Shown: piece after piece, positions 47,123-60,000 of the stretch
Layout of the letters: each line of letters opens with the position of its first letter
How positions within the stretch are numbered: position 1 is the first letter of the stretch
Source of the DNA: the human T2T-CHM13v2.0 reference genome, Homo sapiens
DNA: 64,000 nt
Assembly: GCF_009914755.1 (NCBI RefSeq)
Contig: NC_060929.1
Direction: 5' to 3' (one strand)
Made by a program: the position numbers and the translations under genes
The notes under the pieces: model-generated
What the model was told of the DNA's origin: nothing
The model's input: the letters and a program-made list of their open reading frames with translations, nothing else
Database searches by the model: none

Positions 47123-48574
47123 CATATGGTTTGGAACTCTGTCTCTGCCCAAATCTCATGTTCAACTATAATCCCCAGTGTTGGAGATGGGGCCTCTTGG
47201 GAGGCGATTGGGTCATGGGGGCAGTTTCTCATGGTTTAACACCATCCCCCTTGGTGTTTCCATGGCAATAGCAAGTTATCATGAGATCATGTTTAAAAGT
47301 GTGTAGTGCCTACCCCCACCCCTCCTGCTCCAGCCATGTGATGTGCCAGTTTCCCCTTTGCCTTCCACCATAATTGAAGCTGAGCAGATGCTGCCATGCT
47401 TCCTGTACAACCTATGGAACCATGAGCCAATTAAACCTCTTTTCTTTGGAAATTAACCAGTCTCAGGCATTTCTTTATAACAATGCAAGAATGAACTAGT
47501 ACCAAAAATTGGTACTCAGAGTGGGACACTGTTTTGAAGATACCTTAAAATATGGAAGCAGCTTTGGAACTGGTAATCATCTGCAGCTGTGAGGGTTTGG
47601 AAGGCTCAGGAGACAGGAAGATTAGGGAAAAATTTGAACTTCCTAGAAACTTGTTAAATAGTTGTGACCAAAATGCAGATTAGTGATATGGACAATGAAG
47701 TCCAGGCTGAGTAGGTTTCATATGGAGATAAAAACCTTATTGGGAACTGGAGTAAAGGTCACTCTCATATGCTTCAACAAAGAGACTGGCGGCATTGTGC
47801 TCCTGCTGTAAGAATCAGTGGAACATTGAACTTGAGAGAGGTGATTTAGGGTATCTTGTGGAAGAAATTTCTAAGCAGCAAAGCATTCAAGATTTGACCT
47901 AACTGCTTCTAAAAGCCTATGCTCATATGCCTGAGTAAAGAAATGACTTGAAACTGAAACTTATATTTGAAAGAGAAGCAGAGCTTCAACATTTGAAAAC
48001 TTTGCAATCTGGCCATGCAGTAGATAAGAAAAATCCATTTTCAGGGGGAGGTATTAAAAGCAAGTTGCAGAAATTTGCCCAGGTAAAAAGGAGTCAATTG
48101 CTAATTGACAAGACAATGAAAAAACAGCCTCAGAAGCATTTCAGAGACCTCCATGACAGTCTCTCTCAACATAGGCCTGGAGGCCCAGGAAGACTGAAAG
48201 GTCTTATGGGCCAGGCTCAGGGACCTCCTGCTCTGTGCAGCCTCAATACATGATGCCCTGCACTTTGGCCACTCCAGCTCCAGCCATGGCTAACAGTGGC
48301 CAAGGTACAACTTGGGCTGCTGCTTCCGAGGGTGCAAACTGTAAGCCTTGGCAACTTCCACATGGTGTTAAGCCTGCAGGTGTACAGTGAGGCTTAGGAA
48401 CCTCCGCCTAGATTTCAGAAAATTTATACAAAACCCAGAGAACCTCTAACTAGGATGGTGTGGTGGGGAGACGTGGGGTTAGAGCCTCCATATAAAGTCC
48501 CCACTGGGGCACTGCCTAGTGGAGCTGTAAGAAGAGGGCTACCATCCTCCAGACCCCAGAATGGTAGATCCACC
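47123..48574 (+). mobile_element. MaLR MST-type LTR (about 47123-47503) plus internal region
   Basis: atatggtttgg...cccaaatctcatg start, ccaattaaacctcttttc near the LTR end, internal motifs gaagaaatttctaagcagcaaagcattcaag and ggagctgtaagaagagggc. Confidence 0.85.
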
Positions 48575-49930
48575 TGTTACCAGAAAGGGGTCCGAATCCA
48601 GACCCCAAGAGAGGGTTCTTGGATCTCATGCAAGGAAGAATTTGGAGCAAGTCCACAGTGCAAAATAGAAGCAACTTTAATAAAGGAGGGAATGAATAGT
48701 GACTCCATAGACAGGGTAGGGCATTTCCAAAAGTAAGAAAAGCATCCAGCCTAGGTACAATGCGTATTTAAAACTAGAAGTGCTTTTGTTCTCAAAGTAT
48801 CAAGACGTTCCTGAGTCTGTTAAGTCCTGAGTCTGTTTAGGAAACATTATTAATCTGTTCCCTCAATTGTAAACATCTTGAGGCTAAGAATGCTTAACCT
48901 CCTGGGCATGCAGCCCAACAGGACCCAGCTTCATTTTTCTTAGCCCTTGTTCAAAATGGAGTCGCTCTGGTTTGAATGCTTCTTACATATTTCCCCTCCC
49001 TTTTACAAGAGGACCCTTAATCCTAAGGGTTGCAGAAGGATGAAGGTCCATCTTTTGTAACTTCTTCATGCTGAACGGGGCGATGATATTTCCACATAAC
49101 TATTAGGGTCTCTTGTATTCAGGGCAGAGAGGAGTTCAGTCAGAAGGCATTGGTACATTAAGCATCATTTGTAGCTCTGAGTTCCAGCAAAAGGTGAAAC
49201 CTGGAAGATTAATAAGTGTCCAATTTAAGAAAGTATCGAGTAAGCTTATCTTGTGTTCCTATACGAAGAGTACAACCATCATATACTCAACAACATCAAA
49301 GCAAAATAAGTAAAATTATCCCAGGTAAACTAACAGGAAGGCTTTCCAAAGACTGGGCAGTTGTCGGGACCAAGCCGATATGGAGTTGACTGACAGTGCA
49401 TCAATGGCAGAGATATGAGTGTCTAAAGCTTTCTTAGCCTGGGTAATATTATGTGAATAGTCTCAAACATGCTGCAACATTTGGTTTTGATCAAAGCACA
49501 AGTTCCCTCTTGAGCTGCAGTTAAAATGGCTTTGCCATGCGGTTTGGTAAGGCCACCTGCCTAATCTGAGAGGTGTCCTCAGGAGGGTAAGGGCATGGTG
49601 TGTATTACTCAAAACTGCAGCCGTGTGCTCGGCCAAGGCCTCAACTTGCAGCTCAACATTGATCGTGGCTGCCTGTGAAGAAGGTATAGCCATCTGGTGG
49701 AAGCAGATGGCTTCTATAATGAGTCTTTACAGTTTCTCAGTTAGATGGAAGACAGTCCAATTTGGTGAGGATACATCCCAGAGGATAAAGATGATCCCAC
49801 ATACACCTTCCAATCCACTTATAAGGTGAGTATGACCAGCTGAGTTCCACAAGCCCATAACCACCTCAAAAAAGAAGAGGCACCAGTTTTTTGTGAGTTA
49901 TGTTGCCATCTCACCCACATTTTGTCTGTT
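48575..49930 (-). mobile_element. MER41-like ERV1 3' LTR (48575-48987) plus internal env remnant
   Basis: Minus-strand LTR begins tgtaagaagcattcaaaccagagcgactccattttg, with an adjacent polypurine tract. A frameshifted env TM motif VALPNRMAK.ILTAAQEGTCALIKTKCC lies at about 49470-49560. Confidence 0.8.
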
Positions 49931-52900
49931 AAAAGAAGGGTCTTATTCAAATTTGGGGAAAATCAGCAGCTAATAAATTATTTAAGCTGTGGTCTATGCC
50001 TCTCTGCCTTGTATTAAAAGAGAAAGTTGAGACCTTTAGAGATGAATCTGTATAATATGGGGAGTCTCAAAAACCTAATTTTACAGTAAATACTAAATCC
50101 CATTTCTTAGGGTCTGCTCCTTTTGAGGTGCTCCATTTGGTATGGGCACCGTGTGACACCCAAGGCTGGAGCATCAAAACCACTTCTGCGGTGTCTGCTA
50201 AAACCACGGGGTGACAGACTGAGAAATTTAGCTGAATGAGATGCCTGGATGGACTGCATGTTCTCTCCACAGCTCTCTGTAAATATCTCTCTTGGCTGGC
50301 TCTTGAAAATACCAGGTGGCTGTGAGTTTGAGGTGATAATACTCCCTCTTCAGCAGCTCCTGTGCTGTGGTCACATGTCAGGTACTTTGCAGCTGGTGAA
50401 GGCAGGATCAGGATTGGAATATATGTTAAACAAAGGCTGAATCTAGACACATGCACATCTAAAGGCTTTTCCAGTTCTGTACAACTGAGCCTCAACACTG
50501 TCTGTTACAACAAAATTGTCCTCCAAACATTAATTTGGGATCTTCTCCAATACATGTATAAACAGTGGATTGACTATTTGTCCATCTTTGACACTTACTG
50601 TGTTCCACCAAGAGGGACACCTTCCAAAGCAAGAAATTGTTGGACAAACTTCAATAGGATGTCTGAGCATGATCCACGTGGCAGAGGTTTACTTCCTGAA
50701 GAATGGACTTCACCTTTTAACACCACTTCATACTGAGGTCCAAATGGCTGCACAAACATTTTTTAGATCCTAACAGAGACAGAAATCTGAGTTGAAGATT
50801 CTGAATTCAATTCTTTTGTCAACTATTTTCTATATCGCCTGTGTCCAAAAGACCTACCTAGGTGCTGAGGATACAATGTTATTCCCACCCTTAGCGCCTG
50901 TACTCCAGAGAAGAATATAGGCAAGGAGAGAGACGATCGCAATGCCATCTGCACAGGGGGTGTGAGCGGCCATGGTGCTACAAGCATGCTATTCATGGGA
51001 AATCTGGGAAGAGTGGAGGAAAGCTTCCCAGAAGGAGCCAGCCCAGGGAAGCTGAGGACAAGCATTCCAGGCACAGGCATTCACACTGGTGCAGGCAGGA
51101 CTCTTCTATTCTTCCCTAAGATCCTAATAGCAGACTAAACAAACGAAAGAGTTCTGTAACCCAGGTAGGGGGATAAGCCATGTGTGTCTCAGAGGAGAGT
51201 GCCCTTTAAGCAAGGGTCACACAAGCAAAGCTTGGTACTCTTGACAGGGGAACTCTGGCTCTAAGTTGATATTCACTTAGGATTTGAAAGCCCAGAATTC
51301 ATGGGCCTATAGAAGAAATGAAGAAATATAGCTCAACAGCTGACAAAATCAACAAATAGTTTCTGGGAGAATAAGAAAAGTGAATGAGAAAAATAAAAAT
51401 TTTTGTTCATTATTTACTTTTGTCAGAATATACTTAAAAATAATGATTCCTTAATATCTATTCAGCTGGTTTCAAAGGAGATTCTCAGTAAAAGAAAGAA
51501 AATCTGAAGCTAAATGAAAGAGTTTACACAGATTCATAACATCTATAAGCAAAAGTAAGATGTGGACTTTGTCATTCAGATGGTGGATTTTGAAGCACCT
51601 CCAAGAGAGTGGCTGTTTTGAGAGATGAGTAAAACCTTGTCATTATAAACATATTTATGTTACCTTTCCTCCCAAACTTTGGGATCCCTTGGAGAAAAAG
51701 AAACTATAACCTCATGTTCTTCTCCAGGTTTAACGAATAGATTCTCTAGATCCACTAAAGAGGGACTTTCTCATTCTGGGACCTAAACAGTGACAGAATA
51801 ATAATTAAATGCGGACTTACAAAAAGGCAGCTTTCACTCAGTGACTCCTGCCTTACATTCCTTTCTCATTTACCAAGAGAGGTTATTTTTCCCTTTCTCC
51901 CAGTCCATCAGAGTCTCAACTCATCCTGCTCTCTTGGAAAGCGCCTCTTTTTCTTCTTTTTCTTCCATAACAAACCTGATGTCCCACAAACTGCACCCCC
52001 GATTTCCTGTCACTAACATACTCTCACTCACCTTTGGGTCTCAGAAAAGAGGTCAAAGTGTGTGGGTGACTCTTCCCCAATTCCAGCGACAAGCTGACAT
52101 GCACATTTTTCAGAAATCAATCTAGAACTTGCTTTTCACATTCAAGACATTGGAGTCTACACTGAGAGCACCATAGCATACACTTCACACTAGAGAAACA
52201 GCCAGTGTTTAAAACTCTCAGTGATTCCATCATCTGGTCCTCAGGACACCCTGAAGGGGCAGGCAGCACCGGGACCCTCAGAAGGCAGGGAACCCTCACA
52301 GTCTCAGGAAAGACTACTTTATGGTTCTTTGACAATAATTCATAGGTTGATATCTAAATAACCTACAACTTTCCCAGCGTTTCTCAGAGGTAAGGTCTGT
52401 TTTGTGGATGGAGCCACGACGGCCACCAAATGCATCATCTAGAAGATGGAGTGAGACAAACCTTTCAACAATCTGTCACCATGAAAGCGACATCAGTCCG
52501 AATGCAAGACAATGAAGGCAGAGGGGAGGACTGAGGGTACCTGTAAGTCCCTGGGAGCAGGAGTTGTAGCTCTTTCTGCTCTTTCTTGGAGATCAATACT
52601 TCTAAGAACTGGTGTGGGGTTTGGGCTGTCAACTTCTACGTCAACTCTCACTACGAAGTCTTCTCCTGAGTCCTGAATCTCTAAAATTCAAAAGGGTTGT
52701 TCTTTTAGTTCAGAGACCAGACACTTATTGAATTGTACACGCCATCAGCAGTCCAACACAATGTCCTTAGGGGCCACAGAAAAATGTAGGCAAGAAGATT
52801 TTTTAAAGAATTAAAATAGGACTGGAAATGAGTGGAGAAGCAGAGAAAGCAAGAGCACATCCAACTGGTAAATGAGATGAGATCAATTTAGAGAAAATAT

Positions 52901-54235
52901 CCCAATAGGTCCTCAGTGGTACTTGCTGTGGTCATGCACATTCACCTAGGTTTGACCCAAAACAGCAGGCATCTGCCTCATTGTCAGAACAACAGAAGAT
53001 ACTTGACAGATGACTGGAAGTATTCACATGTACTGACAGAGGAAATCAGTCTCAAATTTGTAGTCTATTTAGATACACAGAAAAGCAATTCCCAGAAAAC
53101 ATAAACATCATACCTGAAGAGCCGAGTTCCTTCTTGGGACTCTGGAAAAGAAGTGATATTATCAGAAATTCTGGACCTTATGAAATAAAAATTTAAAAAT
53201 TAATATATACTAGTATTAAGAGGAAATCTGAATGAAAGAAAAGGAGTTTGAAAAACTTACTTTTTTTTGTTTGTTTTGATGGAAAGCCCATCCTCTCCTA
53301 CCTGTCCCTCATAACAGGCAGGTGTCACCTGGTTGATCACAGAGCAGCCTGCCAGCCAAGGGACCACATCAGTGCAGGGAGCAGCTCTCACAGGAGCTCA
53401 GCCGGGTTCCTCGGAAAACGTCCGATCTTGCCAGGCCACGGTGCTCTGTTCCGAAAGAGAAGACTCAGTGTCAGTAAAGCCAATAGCAATAAGAACATGA
53501 ACTGTGTTAACAAAATCTTTAACAAAAATAGTTCAGTTCATAGAATGTATTCTGTGAACAGCATTTTTTCCTGTACATTCATACTCACAACATTGAGAAT
53601 CAACTTGATTGGTAAGTGGTGTGTGTCCAGTTCAGTGCTTTTATTGGCAGAGACTTCCAGCCTCCACAACTCCAGTCACCAAAATCAAGAATGGCTTTCT
53701 GTTCTGTTTCTACCTAATTACAAAAAAGGAACTGATTTATGAAAAGCAATATATTAATAAATAGCACTCCTTATGTTCATATCAATGCCATTTCTAGCCA
53801 TAAATTAAGAGTCAGGATTAAGGAGAACTTTCCAATTGCTTATTTTCTACAAAGATAAATATTAAATTCTTTTTTTGAGGTCATCTATATACCCAAATGG
53901 ACCAGAGAATTAAGCTGCTGCCTCCTGGAAAAGGCTATTTAATCTTGAGATGAAGTGACAATTGTATAAATTACATAGACCTCCCCTCTATTATTAGAAA
54001 GTTTTAACAATGAGTCCTACTCTTAGAATAATGACTTCTCCATTCTTTTCAAAAATACCACTAGTATCTTCGCATTTTCCGATTTTATTTAAAAATGTTT
54101 AAAATATATCAAAATAGACGTATTTAAAGCTTCCAAAAAGTGCCTATGATCATGAAGAACTGACTTCCTTAATCAGGGGTGACCAACATAACTGAGACCC
54201 TGAGACCCCCACATATGGAAATATTTGAAGACGTG

Positions 54236-54541
54236 GGAACGCCACTGGACACCACAATCTGGGCAAGTCCCTGACATGAAATGGCACAGTACCTGCCTGC
54301 AGCCTAGGCACATTCTCCTTCATACTTCAAATCATTCCTAGATTATTCACAATGCTTAATAGAGTGTAAATGCTACGTAAATAGTTGTTATACATTACCG
54401 TGTAGAGAACAGTAACAAGGAAGAAATGCTTGTACATGTTCAGTACAAATGCAACCAGCTTTTTTATGAGGGGATGTGGATATTTTTGATTCAAGCTTGG
54501 TAGAATGTGAGGATGCAGGACCCACAGATACACAGGGCTGA
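54236..54541 (+). mobile_element. MER2-like DNA transposon remnant (paralog of 28848-29116)
   Basis: Reverse-complement similarity, including the flanking aaatgtgtgtgtgttaaata. Confidence 0.7.
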
Positions 54542-55339
54542 ATATATTTAACACACACACATTTTGCTTTGCCTTATACAACCATAAAATAAAGGGAAAT
54601 CAAAGGCCGCCTGGCAAGAGGGAGCTGACTTCCACAGTGGCTCAGAAAAGTCTGGGGTCCAGATTGACCCTCAAGGAGGTAAAGCTTTAATACCTTCCAG
54701 AGAACAATCGATGTGACTTCAAGCTTGTTGTGGTGTGACTTCTTGTTGTGGACAGGGAGAGGCTAAAATGAAATTTGAATTCTATACATAAAGCCCAGAA
54801 AGTCAAAGAAGCATTCTTTCTAGAAATAAAAAGAAAACTGAAAAAAAGTCTGATCGCATGTCTGTGGGGATAACAAGGAACCTGTCCAGAGGTGGGTGGC
54901 ATCGAAGGTTGTTAACAGGAACATGAAGGCCTGGGCCAAGGCCCCACCAGGCATGGGAGCCCCAGGCTAAAAATCACGAAGGCTTTCAGTGCCTCCAGCA
55001 TTTCTGTAAAGTATCCTCTAGGGACATTTCCAAAAAGCAGGACACATGGGATTCCTAAAGCAGAAAAGCAGCCTCAATCAATGTGAACTTGCATGAAACA
55101 TTTTTAAATACCAAAAAAATGGAATCCACTCAAAGAAAGTCAGGAAGATTCAACAAAAGTAACTGGTGGAAACATTAGTGCCTCAAGAAACAGAAATCTG
55201 AAATCAACTACACAACGGTTCGTTTCAAATACAGATCATAAAGTCTACAACAGAGGAAAAAGTAGAAGATTCATGAAGCGATGCTGAGCATGAACAAGTT
55301 CAAATAGCTCCATCAATCTGTAAAATTGTTTTAATAGAC

Positions 55340-55792
55340 TTTTTTATTTTTTTATTTTATTATTATTATACTTTAAGTTTTAGGGTACATGTGCACAACA
55401 TGCAGGTTTGTTACATATGTATACATGTGCCATGTTGGTGTGCTGCACCCGTTAACTCGTCATTTAGCATTAGGTATATCTCCTAATGCTATCCCTCCCC
55501 CCTCCCCCCACCCCACAACAGTCCCCGGTGTGTGATGTTCCCCTTCCTGTGTCCATGTGTTCTCATTGTTTCAATTCCCACCTATGAGTGAGAACATGCG
55601 GTGTTTGGTTTTTTGTCCTTGCGATAGTTTGCTGAGAATGATGGTTTCCAGTTTCATCCATGTCCCTACAAAGGACATGAACTCATCATTTTTTATGGCT
55701 GCATAGTATTCCATGGTGTGTATGTGCCACATTTTCTCAATCCAGTCTATTGTTGTTGGACATTTAGGTTGGTTCCAAGTCTTTGCTATTGT
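55340..55792 (-). mobile_element. Young L1PA 3' end
   Basis: Near-consensus tatactttaagttttagggtacatgtgcacaacatgcagg with T-rich tail. Confidence 0.92.
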
Positions 55793-56171
55793 AAAACTTT
55801 TTTAATGTTGGGGTTTCAAAAGCCATTTAGAACTAAAATATTGGTCAAAGGTAATATGGAAGGAAAAGATGAGCATTTAAATGAAGAAAGCTGACTGTGT
55901 TGTTTGAAAATAGAACAGAGCTCTTGATTCACCTTAGATTTGAGTAAGCAATATGAAGTGCGCAGAAATAGAAACACATAATGTCCAAAGTAATGCAAAG
56001 GAAGGACAAAGGAAAATATAATCCAAGAGGAGGCAGAAAAGGAAGGAAGAAACAAAAGGAAAAATTTTGGCTAAATTTTTAAGGTATAGTCAACTAAAGT
56101 ATATGTTAAAAACTGCAAACAAAATGATGGAAATAGATACACAAGGAAACTCGTGAAGAAAATAACAGATG

Positions 56172-57070
<899 letters not shown>

Positions 57071-60000
57071 ACGTCGCTATGGGTCGCTATGTCTGACCAA
57101 GAATTACTTAAAAATGAATCATTCCACACAGAAGGCAAAACAATCCTAAACCTAAACATATGTAACAATATAGCTGTGTGACACCCACAAAAGAAATGAT
57201 AGGATGTATAATTCTCCTTGTAGGAGAAATTTCAGATCTACAACCATCTCTCAGAAGCTGAAAGGCTAAGCAAACAAAAATATGAGTAATGATTCAGAAG
57301 ATTTGAACTACAGAGAAATTAAACCCGAGCTAAGTACATGTAAGAGCTCTGCACCTGCCAGAAGAGTCCTGCTAAGCTCACAGGAGACACCAACATCAGC
57401 TGAACATCCTAGATGACGGAACCAACCCATCTGTCTCCATCCCACACTCTGACCATGAAGGGGGAAATGGGGGCTGGGGAGAAAGCTGCCAAGTAGGACA
57501 AAGACTCGTTTACAAGTTATCACCTTCATAACCGGACTCCCCACAGTAACAGGGAGAGCGGCAGAGGTAGCCAAATGCTAGCTAGAATGGACTTCACCTT
57601 TTAACACCACTTCACACTGAGGCCCAAATGGCTGCACAAATATTTTCCAGATGCTAGCAGAGAAAGCAATCCAAATTGAAGGTCCTTGATCTAATTATTT
57701 TGGTAACGATTTTCTACATATTTTATTTGTCCAAAAGACAGAGCTAGGTGCTAAGGATACCATATTCCCACCCTTAGAGCTTATGCTCCAGAGAAGGATA
57801 TAGACAGGGAGAGAGACGATCACAATGCCATCTGCACAGGGGGTGGGAGCAGCCGTGGTGCTCCCGGAACACTGTTTATAAGAAGTCTGGGAATTCCCAG
57901 GAGCCAGCCCAGGGAAGCTGCGGGCAAGCAGTCCAGGCACAGGCATTCCCGCTGCTGCAGGCGGGACTCTTTTCTTCTGTAAGGCCTTAACAGCTGATTG
58001 AGCACACAAAAGAATTCCGTAACCCAGGCAGGGGGATACGCCACGTGTGCCTCAGAGCAGAGTGTGCTTTAACCAAGGGTCACACAAGCAAGCTCAGTAC
58101 TCTTGACAAGAGAGCTCTGACTGTAAGCTGATGTTCACTTATGATTTGAGGGCCCAGAATTCATGGGCCTGGAGAAGAAACGAAGAAATATATCTTAACA
58201 GCTGACAAAGTTAACTAGTAGTTTCTGGGAAAAAAAAGAAAAGGTGAATGAGAAACATCAATACACAGCGTGGTGGGGACAGACAGGCTAATCGCTGAGG
58301 TCCCACAGCTCCACCCCACCCCGACTGTGATGACACAACTCTGGCCACCTCTCCCTTGTCTCTCTCAATGGGGATCTTCTCTTCTACTCCCCACTGCCAA
58401 AGACAGCACCGCTTCATTCACAGACTCCTGGGTGTCCCTAAAAAGTCTTCACAGCCCACTTTTCACCCTCAACCCTTTCCTTCAATTACCTGCTTTTCAC
58501 CTAAGCTGAGGATCTGAAAGCAGAGGGGAAAAGCCAGGAAAGGGGAGGGGGAGGGCATCTTATTTTACCAGGTAAACAAGGGTCACTAAGAGGCATGCGG
58601 GAAGACTAAACCCATCCACCAATGCTAGTTTGCAAGTAGCAATCACAAAACCAGGACACTGAAAAACAGGAGCTGCTGACCCTATTCCCCTCCCCACTCC
58701 CTGCCATTCAAATGGTCCTTGTAACCAGGAAAGGAGGTGTGGAGTCTAGAGTTACAGCAGCTACAACTGAGCAGGTGAGAGACCCTTGCCAGAGTTCATG
58801 TTAAAACTGCATTTCCAGCTATTTCAAAATCTTACGTAAGAAAGTCATCAGATAAGTTGGTCAAAAAGACTCCCGTTACCAAATGAAGGCATAGCCCCAA
58901 GATTAACTTGGTTCTCTCCTTCTCTCTTTTGATAAATGACGGTAACTTATATTCAGTCCCATTTTACAAAATTAACAAGTAGAGTGACCAGGATCTCTGA
59001 GCTTTCAGTGATTGTAGTAATAGTGCTACAAACAAATTTGTATAATTTTATAAATAAGTAACAATGAAATATAAATAATGACAGAAAAAAACAAAACATT
59101 CAGATTTCACTGTACATTATAAGCACTACAACAAAATGGGGCCTGAGGAGAAGATTCCAGGGCAACGCCAGTGTGAGGGGAAAGGGGTGGGAGAGCCTGG
59201 CCCCGAGAAAGGAGAAATCCAGCACTGACTCCCAGTGCAACTGTTACATCAACGGAGAGCGCCCTAGAAAGCTGTCTTTTCCTCACTGACACTGATCTCA
59301 GGACCCCGATGCTGACTTGCAGCCAGGGGTCGGCTGCATTGAGGACATGAAGGCGGGTCTGGGAAGCCGTCCCAACACCGCAGGCAGAAGGAAGCTTCCA
59401 CTCCTCAGGCAGATACTCCCCGGTGAGAATAAGGCACAGTCAACGATGCCAGTGACACCAGACCCCTGACTAATAGGTCAATCGGTTCAATGGCAATGAG
59501 TCTACGGGACGGCCTGTTTGTAGCCCAGAGCCACAGTTCAAAGCGCTCCAGATGCAGGACTCCCTGCCACTGCCTGAGCCTCAGCAGAGGCCTGCCAACA
59601 TTTTCTTCCTGCTTCCATCCAGTCCAGGAAAAACAATGAAGATTAGATCACACTCACCATTATAGGCACTGAATTATTTCATGTTACTGTCATGTCTTCC
59701 TTTTTTCTCTCACAGATCATAAGCCACCGCTTAACCTCAAAGAAAACCATAAAGGCTCTGACTTTCCAGATGTAAAGCCCAGCCGATTCTAATACTACCA
59801 CCCATCTTTGCCCCATCCTCACGCAGCTGCTCTGGAGGGCAGACAAGACAGCACCCCAGTAGCATGTGTACCATGTCAGGAAAAGCAACGAGCCCAGCTA
59901 TGGGGGCACATGACCATCAGCAAGAGAGAAGCTGCCTCACGGACGCACCTGAGTGCTGCCTCTCCACCACAGACACCCAGAAACTCACAAGCTGGAAGCA

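Noticed and set aside
48575-48987. MER41-like LTR as an interferon-gamma/STAT1 enhancer
   Set aside because: Some MER41 subfamilies act this way, but I could not find an intact TTCNNNGAA GAS motif by eye and the subfamily is uncertain.
49463-49693. ERV env ORF as a domesticated syncytin-like gene
   Set aside because: Short and frameshifted; only a TM-region remnant.
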